A stretch of DNA of 64,000 nucleotides from the human T2T-CHM13v2.0 reference genome, Homo sapiens (GCF_009914755.1 NC_060933.1), one strand, 5' to 3'; shown: positions 42,802 through 58,898, numbered from the stretch's first letter. The notes: generated by a model from the letters alone, not told the origin. Numbers and translations are program-made.

Positions 42802-45098
42802 ACTATTACTTTTTACTATGTGTTCTTTAAAAACTAATGTCAATAGTCATACAAATTTGCCAACTAAAATCAAGCGATGTAACAATGTTTATTATTTCCA
42901 AGAAAGTACTCTGTTGAGTCTTTCACAGAAATAATAGTGTTTTTTAAAAAAAAAATGAGCACTTAGTATGTACCTTTTGTATGTATTCATCTTTTTCTAG
43001 AAATTTGGAATTGAATCCAGAGCTGCTGGCATTAGCATGAGTTGTCCATACTTGTCACACCAAATTTTTCCACTGTGAACTCTGAAGTACAGCCTGGTGC
43101 TCTTGAAGTTGACTGTTTTCATATGTGCCCAATTTCTAGCACAAGAAGGGGCCCTGAGTGTGTGTGTATTCTGTGTCACAAGGACTCTTGAGTATCTTTC
43201 CAGTCTTTTGAGGTTTGCTGGATGCTTCCATGCATGGATTCCATGCCAATATTGTAAATGCCCTGAAGACAGGGCCCATGTCTATCTTTCTCAGCTCTAT
43301 TTCTTTGATGAATGGTAGGCCCTAAGTAAATGCTTGTAGGATGGGTGGAAAGATAAAAGGATGAATGGGAGAAGGGAAGGAAGGTTGGAAAGATGAAAGG
43401 AAGATAGGTGGGTGGAAGGAAAGTACAAAGAATTTTCGTTTTGTTATCTCTTCCTTGTATTATTAGTAGTTATCTTTTTGTCATCCTTAAATGGATGTAT
43501 TTCTGAAGATCTGGGTATTTGGGTATCCCAAGATTTGGGAAGATTTATAAAACAAAATCACACAAATACAGACCATTTGGAAAGGGATGGGGAGAGATGT
43601 TATGAATGATAACAAAATTAGAATTATATAAAATATAATCTTTAAATATTTTCAATCATCATAATTATTAGCACAAACTAATAGCTAACAACATGCTTCT
43701 AGGGAGATCTCCCTTCCTGGAACTAGTGTTAATAAACAGATTTTAAATTATTTATAATTTATTATGTTAACTTGTTTATTTCTTATGCCTGTAGTTGTTG
43801 ACAATAACAGAAATAGCCATGTTCAACAGTGGGCTAGGTTCCAGCTTTAGTGATCTTTTGTATGCACCAAATTCTTACTGACTTTAGCATAGTCATTTTG
43901 TGCTCTGTTGTCTTATGGTTTATGTTATCATTCTCCAGTTACTTTGTGAATGAGCACTTTATTTCCCCTGAGAGTTGTAGAGTTTGTAACATGTTTAGGG
44001 CCATGCCTCTTTCTTCATTTATATTTCACATATGAATGATGTATATCCTAACTGAAGATTGGGTTCACAATAGTGCTGTTGCACAAATACTGAGTAAGTT
44101 TAACTGTCTCTTATTTATACAATTATTACATTTACTATTTTATATTCCTCAAAAGGTAAAATATAGGAAAACTTTAGTCCATTCCCTATCTGGATGGTTA
44201 TTCCCTCTACATTTGTCTCTTTTCGCATCTGCCGATTCTAGTCTCTAGGAGAGAGAAAGAGGCCATATATCCATGCATTTCAGATTACTGAGGTCCTACT
44301 GCACTTCTTTTTCTTATTTGTGGCCAGTGTGTATAAATTTGGCTGGGTTGCAGATGTGCGGTGTGGAGGCCATGATGACAGCATTATCAGTGCTAGATGA
44401 GCAGTTTCTCTGTGGGGCTATTTGAAACAGGCTGAGTGCATGTGTGCATTTCAATCTAGGCTGGGCCAGAGCACAGAGGTGCTATGATTGACACCCCCGT
44501 GAGCCTTCTTATAAAGCCAGAAAATTGAAACTCCCTTCTGGGTCCTCTGTGAATGATCAACCCCTGTGCCGGGAAACAGAACTCTCACTTAGCATTGGAA
44601 GAATGTCTCCATCACTAAGATCCTTTTCTTGGAATCTCAATGGTCCCAGTTCCATTGATCCTTCTATTAATCCTCCAAGCTAATGAAAAGTGGTAAGAGG
44701 GAGTGTTGTGTGACACCTAAGGGTGGAGCAAAAACAAAGGAATGGGGCTTCTGAAACCACATCTGTACTGACCAGAGTATCCTGGGACTGACTGGGAGTC
44801 CTGAGACATCATGGCTCTTAGTCAGAGACTGAAGACTTCCAAACAGACTAAGGGGTTCTTTTCCCAGTGTCTAGTAAGGGACTTTTAACAAGGAGAACTG
44901 TCCCTTGGGATTTAAAATACAATCCCTAAAGTTGTGCTTCGAGGCTTCCCAATCTGCATTCTAGGAGACTACTGGTTGCTAGGTGGCCCCACTGAGAACA
45001 CAGTACAGTGACTGTAGAAGTGACAGGTCTTCAACCTTAAAAGCCACTGGAGAGATTTTTGATTCAGTGTATGACCTGTCAAGAAACAATTCTTAAAC

Positions 45099-45529
<431 letters not shown>

Positions 45530-47281
45530 CTATTGTTCCTATCTGCCTTGGTGACAAAAAAAAAAAAAAATGAGTTGGGATGTATGAGTTAGGAGCATGC
45601 TGGTATGCTCTGTGAGGGAAGCATGTCAGCTGGCTGGCCATGATATGGTTAATGTGCTCCCTGCTCTGGGATGGATGGCTTGATGCCTCCTAAGTGATAG
45701 ACACAATTCCTAGTGCCTCCTGTACTTTATTTTAGAGTCTTCTTCACAATGATGGTATAGAGACCCTAATGACCCCATTTTGTTGATGAAGTCGTTGAGG
45801 TTTAGGGAGGAATGTCAAGCCGCTGGCCAAAGTCACACTGGCTGAGCCACAATTCAAACCCAACCTTGCTGGCTTCACAGTGTCTGCTGCTGATGTTTTC
45901 AGTTCATGCTGATGAGTCATTTCCCACCCTCCCCAACCCCCTCCTGGTTATTCTTTTGGATGAAGGTAGAAGGAATGCCAGGGGACTTGGGAGAATGGTC
46001 TCATGTAAACAGCATGGCATGAGAAGTTGAGGGACCCAGCTTCCATCTTGACTCCCCCTCTCTTAGACAAATAGCTTAGCTTCTCTGTGACTCAATTTCC
46101 TCATTGCGAGACAACTTCGTCTGAGGGGATGATCTGTAGGTTTCTTCCATCATGATATTTCAGGTTGCTTCTAACTAGCTACCCTTAGTGAGGAGCAAAC
46201 CTGATGAATTATATGCACTACATACTAAAGAGGCATTCATTTATTCATTCAGTGAACATTTACTGCACACCTTCTATGAGCCAGCCCAGGGTAGAGTGCG
46301 AGTAATTTCAGACACAGGCCCTTCCCTCAGGGAGTTTATAGGGTGTTGCTATGGTCAGGATATCAGCCTTGTGTGAAACACTATTTATTACTATTTTACT
46401 TATTAAATGTGTTGTGACACAGAATTATTCACTGGGAGCCACATTGCCCACAGCACAGGATGTGTCCTTTGCTGCTGTCTGACTCTTCTGCGCTTGCACC
46501 TGGCTCTGACTTACATGCAGGAGAGCTTTGTTCTCTAATTGATGAACATTAGGTACATTTAAGAATATTTTTTTAAGCATAGAAAGGTGACTTTTTTTTC
46601 AGTGAGCCTTGCTTTTTCACCTGATGTTAAAGATCTGAACATAAGTGGTTTGAGAAATGAAAATCAATCTATCTATCAGTCTACCGATCGATCGATCGAT
46701 CTCCATCACAATTCTGTAGCATGTTCTCAAATCTCAGATCCACCCAAAAAGAGTGACCCCACTTTAACCTCATAACTCCACTATTTTTCAAAGACAAATC
46801 TTTATCTTGAGTAGCTGAAAAAAGGATGAGAAGGCTGCAAATTAATGAAAACCATTTCTAAATGAAAAAAGGTAAACTGGAGAAATAAAGGGAAAATTTG
46901 CAGCTTGTCCTTTAGAAAGCCTGCCCCAGCTCTCACCACATAGGATGCTTTACCCGCTTTCTTGCAACTCCTGAGGGCCACAGCATTGCTGGGATAATCC
47001 AGTGGCAGTTAAGTCCATAGGCTTTGGAGCCAAATTGCCCAGCTTGGAACCTTCTTTTTACCACTTAGTAGCTGTGTGGCCTCATACAGATGACCTAAGC
47101 TCAATCTCTTATTTGTAAAAGGGGGCTATCAAATTGTGGAAATTAAATAATAGATGCATAAAATCCCCTAGCGCAGTGCCTGGTGCCTTGCTGCTTTCTT
47201 CTTAGAATGGAATTTATCCTCCTTGTGATTGTGCTTCAAAAATAATCAGGAACCTCTTTGAGTGAGTGGCCTCTCTTATTG

Positions 47282-47390
47282 TATGACCAACAATCCTGGT
47301 TTGTCCAGGACTAAGAAGTTTCATGAGATGTGGGACTTTATGTGCTAAAAGTGGGAAAATCCCATGCAAACCAGGATAAGTTGGTCACTC
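47282..47390. mobile_element. MER81-like hAT-Blackjack MITE
   Basis: Terminal inverted repeats tgaccaacaatcctggtttg ... caaaccaggataagttggtca. Confidence 0.75.
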
Positions 47391-47629
47391 CAAAGCTGGC
47401 AAAGTCCTCAGTTTTCCAGATGAAAATGGCAAGGAGAAATCTTGATACTGAAGCTGACTCCAGTGAGAACCCCCCCATGTGAGCAAGGCCAGGGCCGTGA
47501 ATTAAATGAGAGACCCATGGCTGCTTTCCCTTAGCACCACATTCAAGCAAAAAGAGGAAGAGGCCTCACTCACTACCCCCAGGCATTCTGCCCCAAACAT
47601 GAGACTGCATACGGTGCCTTTCTGCTGAA

Positions 47630-47815
47630 GCAAGTGACTTTCAAGCCCGGCTGCCTGTGAAAATCACCCAAGGAGTTTTTAAAAAAGAAATACCAATGCC
47701 TGGGCCCCATCATTAAAAGTTTTTATTTTATTGGCTCAGGGTGAGACCTGAGCATTTGTATTTTTTTAAAATCTCCTTGGGTGATTCTAATGTGCAGTGC
47801 AGGGTTGAAAATTGC
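47630..47815. mobile_element. MER5A-like relic
   Basis: aatgcctgggcccc...ggtgattctaatgtgcag. Confidence 0.65.
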
Positions 47816-48589
47816 CAACATATGTTACAACTTGGAGTTGGCAACAGGTGCAAATTGACTTATAGTTTTCCTAATTGACAAATTTAGAATTTCCTTATCT
47901 GAGTTTCAGCTGTAATGGCTTGATCTGTTAGTAATGCATGGGATGCTTTATTGAGCTGATGTGTCCATACTGGTGTTTCCATGTGAAGAAAACATCTTTA
48001 AGATGATTGAGCATTCTCTTTATTTTTCCCTTTTCTTTTGTGAGGGCAATATACTTATTAGTGTCCTGCCTAGCTCAAGTAGCATGGTTTTGAAGATTGA
48101 GAAAATTCAAAGTTTAATTTGAGTGGAGGGGGAACAGTGATATTTCTCTAGAAAAAAAAAAAGGCCTTCTTTTTTGTACCAGTTTTTGCTGGAGTCATGG
48201 CAGAGAAGAGCTGAGCGCCCTCCTTCTGGTATGTGGATGGAGATGGCTGCTTCTCAGGGCTGCTCAGAGTAAGATTGCGTGGGCTTTGGGCTGGGCTAGG
48301 TTGGATGAGAAAGGCAAGGTGAGTGGTACTTACAGCTTTGGAAATATGGGTATATTCTCCCTGCAATGTCCTGAGCCAGGCAGCAAGCTTCAAAAATTGT
48401 GCTGGTGTTATTCAATGCTAAAAAGACACTCACTCTCAAGCCATAAAAAGACATGAAGGAACCATAAATGCATATTATTAAGCAAAAGAAGACAATAAAA
48501 AAATACATACTAGATGAGCCCAACTATATGACTCTAGAAAAGGCATGTTTTAAATGTGAATTTCTATGCACCATTGACAACTTTGTTTA

Positions 48590-48953
<364 letters not shown>

Positions 48954-49406
48954 TAATACGTTGTTATTGCGAAAATATTTAAAAGGAAAGAGAGGAAAAG
49001 CATCTGCAGTTCTACCACTTCAGAGATAATAACCATGTTAAGAGTTTGGTGTATATTCTTCTGTTTACTTGTGTACACACATATATACATATCTATATTT
49101 TTTATAAAAATATACTGAATATTCTTTTTTAGTAAACTGATTTTTCATTTATTAAAATTGAATGCACAATTACCTATTGGATACAATGTTTTCTATTTAA
49201 GTGATGAGTACACTAAAAGCCACTAGGCAATATATCCATGTAATAAAACTGGACTTGTACCTCCTGAAACTATAAAAATAAAATAAAATGAAAAGAATTG
49301 AATAAACATGGTTTTCTGTGTTACTAAAGATTCTTGTTTGATTTATTTTGTCTACCCACAAGGTTTTGAATGAATTTTGTGCAATGATCCTATTGTTCAA
49401 CAATTA

Positions 49407-49736
<330 letters not shown>

Positions 49737-52042
49737 TCATTATTGCCAAGTTAACTCTTCCCCCGTCAAACCTTTGCTAACCTGACAGGCCCCAGATGGT
49801 ATCCCATTTTACACACTTTTCTTTGACCACAGTGAGGGTGAACATTTGTTCCAATGTTGACTATTATTATTTTCCTCTGACAATTGCATGCTTGTGCCTT
49901 TTCATTCCATTGTCCATTGAGGTTTCTCTTTTTCTTATTGACCTATGAAAACATTAAAAAAATATCCAGCCTATTATCCCTGTCATATATATAGTGTGAA
50001 CATTTCTACTCCCATTTTTACTCTGTTTATAGTGGGGTTTTAGAAAACCATTTGATACCTTTGTGCTTTCTGGAATTTCTTGTTTAATCTGCCTGTCACT
50101 GATACAGCATAGCGTTCACTTGCCTGAAAGCCTTTTTAAAAGGAGAGTTATAGCCCCCAAATCCACTCCAAAGTACACTATAATCATCCAGTGGAAACAT
50201 CTGTGTAATTGAAGCATCATTAATGTCTCTGTCCCAAACTCAAAGAACTATAAAGGGCATTGTTAATTTTACTTCATCATCAGCCCCTTATTAATCTTGG
50301 CAAATGTTTAACTTGTAGGCAAGGATGTCCAAGCCAACTCACAATTTACTATGCAATTGGCTACAAATGTTGAGGTGGGTTTTTTTGTTTATCCACCTAA
50401 AAGAACTTTATGTCCCTCTAGCACTAAATTATGACATCTTATCTCACAGATTTAACAGCATCTAATGGTTCTATCTCTAGGTAATGTAATCCAGCTGGAG
50501 TTCGAAGGTATGCAAAGCCCATGTTTTAGAACAAAAGGGTATTTTTCTCTAGCCAGTAAATAAAAGTGATTTTTTTTTTCAGCTGTAAAAGGACAAAAGG
50601 TTTTGAAGTGATCCCACTGGGCAGGGTTTCCTAAACTTGTTTTTTGGCAGTTGGCCATGGAGCTAACTCAGTCTTCCAAACTTCTTCCATTTTTGTAGCA
50701 GTGTAAAGAATTCACTGGATAAGACTAAAGACACTTCATGGTGTGATGATTAATGCCCAGGGTCCTGTTAACCCAGAGGCAACCACAACTGGACATCCAA
50801 CAGTGCCATTAGCAGACCGTTGATCAGTGTGTAGGAAGAACTAAAAACCTGACCCTTTTTCTTATTGATTTTAGTACCTTCACAGCCCCCCTCAGGTTTG
50901 CATGTTTTCCTTATTGAGAAAAAAAGTTTAACATTTAACACCATAAATGTCACAAGTACGGTAAATGGTCTGTAGCTTTAGTTAGAAGTTGTCAAAGATG
51001 TTTGACTTAAGTATTGTTTGATCCCATTTTCAGGGGTTAAACAGCTCTGTGGCGTTGCGTCTCCCTTGTTGGTTTTCCATGTATGTTTTGTAGTTCTGAA
51101 ACCCAAGAATACTGTTGTCCATTCTCATTGCCCTGCTGCAAGAAGGTCCACTCTGTGGACCCAGTCCTGTTTCTTAAGACATTACTATTGCTAGAGTGAG
51201 AGGATAAAATTACATGAATAACCAAGAACAATTTCTGAAAGCAGGTATTGAGGAATCAGCACCTTGCAGTAATTCACACAGCTTTATTAAAATTACCAAC
51301 AACAAGATCAACAGCAAAGATATGTGATATCCCAGCCACTGTTCTGAACATCTGGGCATATTTAGTTGCTTAATCCTGACAGTAACCCCATGGGGTAGGG
51401 GCTGTTATTGTCCATAGATTACAGATGAGTACCGCAAACAAAGGTAAATGGCTGAGCCAGGATTAGAACATGAGAAATCTAACTCTAGAGCTTGTCCTCT
51501 TAACTTGATTAAGTTGATACAACAACAATGCCGCAAAATGGGTGATGGGGTCCCCATTTTACAAATGAGAAGCTGAGGCTCAGGGGAATTAATGACTTTG
51601 TAATAACTTTCCACACATCTGTGAAGTAGCAGTTTGGCTTAAGCCCTAATTCTAAAGCCTTCCCCAGGATACCACATGTCTCGTACTACAACACATTTCT
51701 TTACATACAGGGCTTTATTCACTTCAGAGAGAGCTTATAACTGGCTAACAGACAGATACCCAAATGGGCCTGTGACACACTCTTCTGGGTTCTCATTGCA
51801 CAGGAAGCTGGTCATTTAGACTGCAGTCTTCATTTGTGTGCCTGATGCAATAAGAACTGCCTCCAACTCTTTCTATATGAATAGCTGTAGGATATACCTT
51901 CTCTATTCATTCCTGCCTCAGGAACTTTGCTTTTTCTGTGCCCTAGCTTGGAATACGTCATCCCCAGATCTTGGCATGTCTGACTTCTTCTCAGGGGTTA
52001 GCTCAGATGCCATTGCCTCAGTGGGGGCAGACCCTAACTATC

Positions 52043-52485
52043 TGTATTAATCTCCTAGGGCTGTCATAACAAATCACCACCAACTGGGTGGCTTAAAGCA
52101 GTAGAAATGTATTCTCTTATAGTTCTGGAGGCCAGAAGTCTAAAACCAAGGTGTAGGCAGGACCACCCTTCCTTGGAAGGCTGTAGAGGAGGATTCCCCT
52201 TGCCTCTTTCAGTTTCTGGTGGCTCCACATGTTCCATGACTTGTGGCGGCACAACTGTAATCTCTGCCTCTGTCTGCACATAGCTTGCCCCTCTGTATTT
52301 CTCCTCTTCTGTGTCTTCTCCTCTTCTTATAAGAATGTTTATCATTGGATTTAGGTGCTTGAGATAATCTCACCTCAAGATTCCTAACTTAATTGTATCT
52401 GCAAAGAGCATTTCCCAAAATAAGGTCACATTCACAGGTTCCAGGTGGACATATCTGTTGGGTCGGGGAACCACCAGCCAACCTT
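52043..52485 (-). mobile_element. MLT1C-like MaLR solo LTR nested in L2
   Basis: tgtattaatctcctagggctgtcataacaaatcaccaccaactgggtggcttaaa...taaggtcacattcacaggttcc. Confidence 0.8.
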
Positions 52486-52971
52486 AGGTCAAGCAGCTTT
52501 TGGTGCTGTTATGCTCTGTGACATCATCACCTCTTTATTTTCTTCAAAGCACTTGTCCTTATTTGATGCATCTTGTTCTCTTATCTACTTTTCTTTGCCT
52601 GTCTCCACCTAACTCCATCTACTTGGATTCAAACTTTATGAGTAAAGAACTATCTTGTTCACTGCTTTACCCCAAGACGTAGAACAATGCCTGATATATT
52701 GTAGGGGTCACTAAATATTTACTGAATAAATGAATAATCTCATTGGGCTAATGAGATGTCAACTTGGCTCTCTGATCCCTTCAGAAATTTCCAAGTTTTA
52801 TTTTTTTTACTATTTTATTTGAATTTCAGTTGGATATTTTTCAGAAATGCAAATGTATTAGGAGACATATATTTAATATAATGGGTAAATGATCCAATCA
52901 TTTCTACATAACATTCAATCACTAACTGGTCTTCTTAATTCATTTAGCTTTTGCTTTGCTCCCACAAATGA

Positions 52972-53139
<168 letters not shown>

Positions 53140-53237
53140 TGAGGAGAAGGGGAAGGGTCTCTGTATGGACCCTGAAGAACTACTCCTAGAACAGGTTTCT
53201 AAAACTGATGGGCTAGAACCTTAAAAAGGAGGCATCA

Positions 53238-53525
53238 GGCCGGGCGCGGTGGCTCACGCCTGTAATCCCAGCACTTTGGGAGGCCGAGGTGGGCGGATCA
53301 CGAGGTCAGGAGATCGAGACCATCCCGGCTAAAACGGTGAAACCCCGTCTCTACTAAAAATACAAAAAATTAGCTGGGCGTAGTGGCGGGCGCCTGTAGT
53401 CCCAGCTACTTGGGAGGCTGAGGCAGGAGAATGGCGTGAACCCGGAAGGCGGAGCCGAGATCCCGCCACTGCACTCCAGCCTGGGCGACAGAGCGAGACT
53501 CCGTCTCAAAAAAAAAAAAAAAAAA
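53238..53525 (+). mobile_element. AluYa5, sense, with 11-nt internal deletion
   Basis: All five Ya5 diagnostic bases (catcCcggct, aaAacgg, cgtAgtgg, ctactTggg, gatcCcgcc); TT/AAAA site at 53221; TSD core aggaggcatc. Confidence 0.93.
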
Positions 53526-53980
53526 CAGGAGGCATCTTCCCAGAAGATCTGAGGAACACAGAGGCTGGAGCTGAATCACCCCTTATAGATAGTTGGGGGT
53601 GGTGTCAAAGGCTACCAAGCTGGAAGGCACCAATTTCCTTTCCCCTGATGACATCACTCTTTAATCTTTTCATCAATGCCTATAAGGTAGGTGGCCCTCT
53701 CAAGAGGAACTCTGAACTGCAGAGCTTTGAAAAGTTATTTGGTAACTATCATGGCTGTGAGAGCCGTGCAGTCAAACCAGAGGCATTTCTTGTTGGTTTT
53801 CCATTCATATTTATCAAGTAAAAAAGGCAGACACAGAAGCTGTGACAGGTTGGTATGCTTTCATAATCCTCTCTCTACCTCTTTCTTACCTCCTCACCAA
53901 TAATCAGATTCAGTGTCCAAGATGCCTGAGCTGGCACCCCTTGAAGGAACCTCATGGTTCAAGAGCCCCAGATATTGTTA

Positions 53981-54320
<340 letters not shown>

Positions 54321-56689
54321 GGGAAAAAGAAGTACAGAAAAGGAAACCATTATTTTGGAAGGAAGAAAAGGAAAGATCAGTGGGTAGGAGCTTAGGGTTG
54401 GGGGTCTATATCACTTTCCCGTTGTTTAAGTAAATGAAAGTAAGAGTATTCTGGAAGTGTGGTTACTTGCTAGGAGTGTGAACCTAGGTATGCTAGATAT
54501 GTGTACATAACAAGAATGAAGCCATGGGTTAGGAGGAGGGAGTAGGAAACGATGTTAACTGTAAAGAACTTGGAGGTGGGGCAAGGGAATCCTTGGGTAG
54601 TCTCAGAGACTCTGTATTAAAAGCAGAAAGATTGTGACTCATTTTGCTTTGTTTATGAATAGTTAACTACTTTGAATGTTTGGTTGTGTTTCAAGAGCTT
54701 AAGGGACAGAAAGAGAGCTTTAGACTTTCCTCATAAGGTGATTATTTCTTCTGTTAAGAAGACTTTTACTTAGATATGTATCAGAGAATAAGGAAGCCCA
54801 TGACTGTACTCGTTAAAATCAAAGAGATTACAACCTTCTGGGAGATGTAAACAACAACAACATCATATTCTTAGTTCCCATTTAGTCAAGAAAGCTGGGG
54901 ATGTGATAGCTTGCAAAACAACTCGAATTATTCAGTGTATCATAAAAAATGAATTCTCAGGACAGGTAGAAACTTGGTTTACTCATTATTTCTAACAAGT
55001 ACCAAAACCCCCTGATTCATGTGTGTTTTCTTTTCCTGGCATACCAAGAGTTAATTGGCACATGACATTCTTCTATTGCATGAAGCTGTTCCAAAACGTC
55101 CAACCTGACAAAATATATTATGATTGACAACCTCTGGCCTAGTGAGATCGCTTTGAGTCAGAGATGTGTTCCTCATAATTTGTGGAATGATTATCTAGGT
55201 TTCTGCTGGTGTCTTGAATAATTGGTGTTATGGTAACTGTATTTATAATGTAGTTTATTTTTTGTGGCCAAGAGCTTACATGATAATTACTTCTTCATAA
55301 CAAATACCATATTTGAAAATAATATGCAATACAGATTTAATTTCTTCTAGGACATTGAGTTATGTTTCAGATTTCTTTCCAAAAAGATCACAGAGATAAA
55401 GAAAAAGGGAGGAGAAAATACATAGAATGAAAGGTAAACATTTCCTTCAACCCCCAGCAAATGGCAAATTAGAAGGTGCTTGTGAAATGTAATTATTCCT
55501 AGCTTGACAATTTTCTTGGCAGGCTGAAAATAATAAAACAATTTCACTTTAACTAATACTGAGCCTGAATATCTGAGAAAATCTTCCAGATTATTTTTCT
55601 TGTATGAGTAGACCCCAGAAGGAATCTTCCATTTAAAGATTTCTTCCTTGAAAAGTGTGTTGTTATTGGTGGTGATCAGACGGGGATTTGGGGGTGGAAG
55701 GCAGTGCTAGATCCTGCTTGTATATGAAGGTGAACGTTTGGGCAAACAGATCTGATGATTCTCAACCCTAGACTGAACGTGATCTATCATATTAGTGGAT
55801 TTTTTTCAACTCCTGAATCTCTTTCAATGCCTCTCTGTCTCCTGCTAGACTCTCTTCTCCTGTCTTCCTGCCCCTTTCTCCTTGGTTGGGTCTTTACCTT
55901 CTCCAAATGTCTACCTTTAAAGTGACTGCAGTCTCAGAATATATGCCCTGCTGAAAAAGAATGTTCTGAGGGAGTTCCTTTTTTTTCCCTCTGAGGCTGA
56001 GAAAAAAACACCTTGTGTAGGAGGAAGAGAATAAAAGAAAGGGATGTAGATGCAGGGGACCCATTGCTAGACATGGTATTATTCCATATTTTGCATCTTG
56101 GCTAATATGCTGATGTTTACTGGATGTCTTAAAGATCTTGAGTGGAAAAAAGTAGTAACAACTATTCAGAGCTTCCTTCTTCCAGTTCACTCTGAGAACT
56201 CACATCCTTTCTCTATGCTACAGGAAGCCCAAATGTAAGATCCTCCAAGTGACTTGGGTGCAGCTGCCCCTCCTATGGCTTCCTTCTTAAACAGACAGTC
56301 CTAGGTGTGCCATTAGGTCTCAGCCAAGACCATCTGACATTGTAAAATATAGTTTATTTATGGTGGTGATGGCAAATAAAAGTTGTTAGCTGTTTTTAAG
56401 CACAAGTGCCTGGCACTGTGCCAACTCTTGGTATACATCATCATATTTTAAACCCCACAATGACAAATGCAATTGGTATTATTTTTAGTCTTTTATTTTA
56501 TTTTTTCTAATCGACTTCCAGCCCCATTGTTACATTTAATACGCTTGGCTAGGAGGACTTTTTTGAATGGAACAATTGTGATATTTCTTCCAAGTTTCCA
56601 AGAGTTCTATATTGTGCTCAGTTCCCCTTCTCCCTTTCTTTTTACCTTCCTTGATTTTTCTCTCTTTCCTTCCTTCCTTTCCTTTCTCC

Positions 56690-57320
56690 CATTTTTCATT
56701 CCATTCTACTTACATAGAACTTACTATGTACTAGAAATAGCAGAGAGCAAGACAGTTCCTGGAGCTCACGTTCTGGTGGCCAAAGACAGGCAATGAATAG
56801 GTAAACAAATATACAAACAAGATACATACAGTTTGGGATAACTACCAAAAGAAAATATGAAGGGTGATGAGAGAAGAAGACGAGTGGGGAAGCTGCCTTA
56901 GATAGATGGTCAGAGAAGGTCACATTCTAATGGTGACAGTGGGTTTGAAAATGGAAGGAAAGAACGAGCCTGGTATTTGAAGAGCTGGCAGAAGAATGTA
57001 CAAGGTAGAGGGAACACACAGCTAGCGCAAGGGCCCAGAGGCAGGAAAGGGTGCAATGTCAATGCACACTGGAGAAGAGACCAGTGTGGCTGGAGCCAGT
57101 GAACAATGATAAAAAGACAGAACAAAGTTGAGTCAAAGAGGTGGGCCAGGGCAGATCCCACAGTGCCTGATAGACCAAGGTTAAAGTGTTGAGTTTTGTT
57201 CTCAATGTGATGGGAATTTATAGAGGGATTTAATAGAAAGAAAGTGGCATGATTTGATTTTTACAAGATTACTCTGGCCGCTGTATGGGGAATGGACTGT
57301 AAGGGTCAGATGAAAGAGGG
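56690..57320 (-). mobile_element. L2 fragment
   Basis: ccagtgtggctggagc...gagttttgttctcaatgtgatggg...aagattactctggc. Confidence 0.75.
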
Positions 57321-57450
57321 GAGATGAGTTGAAGGTGCATTTCTGTGCTGTCCTTCCCTGGAAACAGAACCAATGATTAAATAACTGTAAGTGGGCCACC
57401 CAGTTGCTGGTTCTCTGATTAGGTTTCTGTTCCTCCTGTGTCCTCACCAG

Positions 57451-57634
57451 GTTTGACTATGAGGGGTTGGATCCCAAGACGACATATTATATCATGAGGG
57501 ACCTGGAGGCCCTGGTCACAGACAAATCCTTCATTGGCCAGCAGTTTGCTGTGGGGAGCCATGTCTACAGCGTGGCGAAGACGGATAGTTTTGAATACGT
57601 GGACCCTGTGGATGGCACTGTGACCAAGAAACAG
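57451..57634 (+). CDS. PGM5: PGM5 coding exon (likely exon 9), 184 nt, phase 2 in / phase 0 out
   Basis: Acceptor tcctcaccag|G, donor CAG|gtactt; translates (R)FDYEGLDPKTTYYIMRDLEALVTDKSFIGQQFAVGSHVYSVAKTDSFEYVDPVDGTVTKKQ. Confidence 0.96.
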
Positions 57635-57836
57635 GTACTTGCTAGGAAATCACTACAACGGGTTATCAGGCAGAACCAGTGGCCAAAATGTCCTAGAACT
57701 GGAGAGGTCCTTAGGGATGATCTAAGGTGACCTCATTTTATAGATGAGAACTGTGCAGCCAGGAAAGAGGAAAGCCCTTGATGAAGGACACCTAACAAGT
57801 TAGTGCACAGGGTAGATTAGAACATGGGCTTTCTGT

Positions 57837-58124
57837 GGCCAGGCACAGTGGCTCATACTTGTTATCCCAGCATTTTGGGAGGCCAAGGTGGGAGGGTCAC
57901 TTTTGAGCTCAGGAGTTCAAAACCAGCGTGGGCAACAAAGTGAGACCCCCATCTCTACCAAAAAAAAAAAAAAAAAATAGCTGGGCATGGTGGCACACAA
58001 TTGTAGTCCCAGCCACTTAGGAGGCTAAGGTGGGAGGATCGCTTGAGCCCAAGAGGTCAAGTCTGCAGTGACTCATGATCACACCATTGCACTTCAGCGT
58101 GGGAGACAAAGTGAGACCATGTCT

Positions 58125-58165
<41 letters not shown>

Positions 58166-58200
58166 CAAAACAAACAAAAAACAAAAAAAAAAACAAAAGA
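57837..58200 (+). mobile_element. AluJ, sense, with (CA)n expanded in the tail, inserted in a MIR
   Basis: AluJ diagnostics; TSD agaacatggg. Confidence 0.92.
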
Positions 58201-58898
58201 ACATGGGTACTCTATGTCCAGTATTTGTCCCACTTGGTAATGGATAGACCAATATGTCAAATAAATACAGACCCAACATTTCCTTATGAAATGTTTGTAG
58301 CCTGCAGGTGCTCATATGTGGTGGCCATTATTGGTGACAGATTCAGAAAAGTTACCAAGAACTAAAGATCCCTGTCCTTGGGGCCTCAGTGAGTCAGTCC
58401 TTGGAATTGTAAAGTCAGGAGCTCAGCTGGCATCTTTGAGCCCCCGTGCCCTGGATAGGTCTTTTCCAGTTTTGGACCACATTCCCACTTCCATTTTACA
58501 AACTTTTCTTAGATTCAAGTCTCATTTTGATGTAGAATTCAAGAGATATAAAATAATGTGCCTTTTAAAGTATCCTTGGGATATTTTTGCTCACCGACAA
58601 GGAAGGCTCGGAAACCATTCCTTCAAGGGAATGGTCTAATCCGCACTCAGTTATGGATTTTATCTACTTGCAAGAAGCTTGTCTGTTGAGCTTATTTGTT
58701 TTGCTGTTAATGCAGTATTCCTCTACCTTATATCTTCCTCAGTGTACTCAGTGCTTGGATACCTTTTCCTTAGATTTTCTTTAACTGTTCACATCAGGCC
58801 AGTTCTGCAACTGGATCTCAAGTTCATCTATTTATTTCATTTCCCCTCCCCCTCCATAACTCTGACTGTTGGTTTTCATTTTTACACTGGAATGTGTT

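Noticed and set aside
57467-57730. 87-aa ORF as a standalone gene
   Set aside because: It is the third PGM5 exon read from an internal TTG and running through the donor into intron
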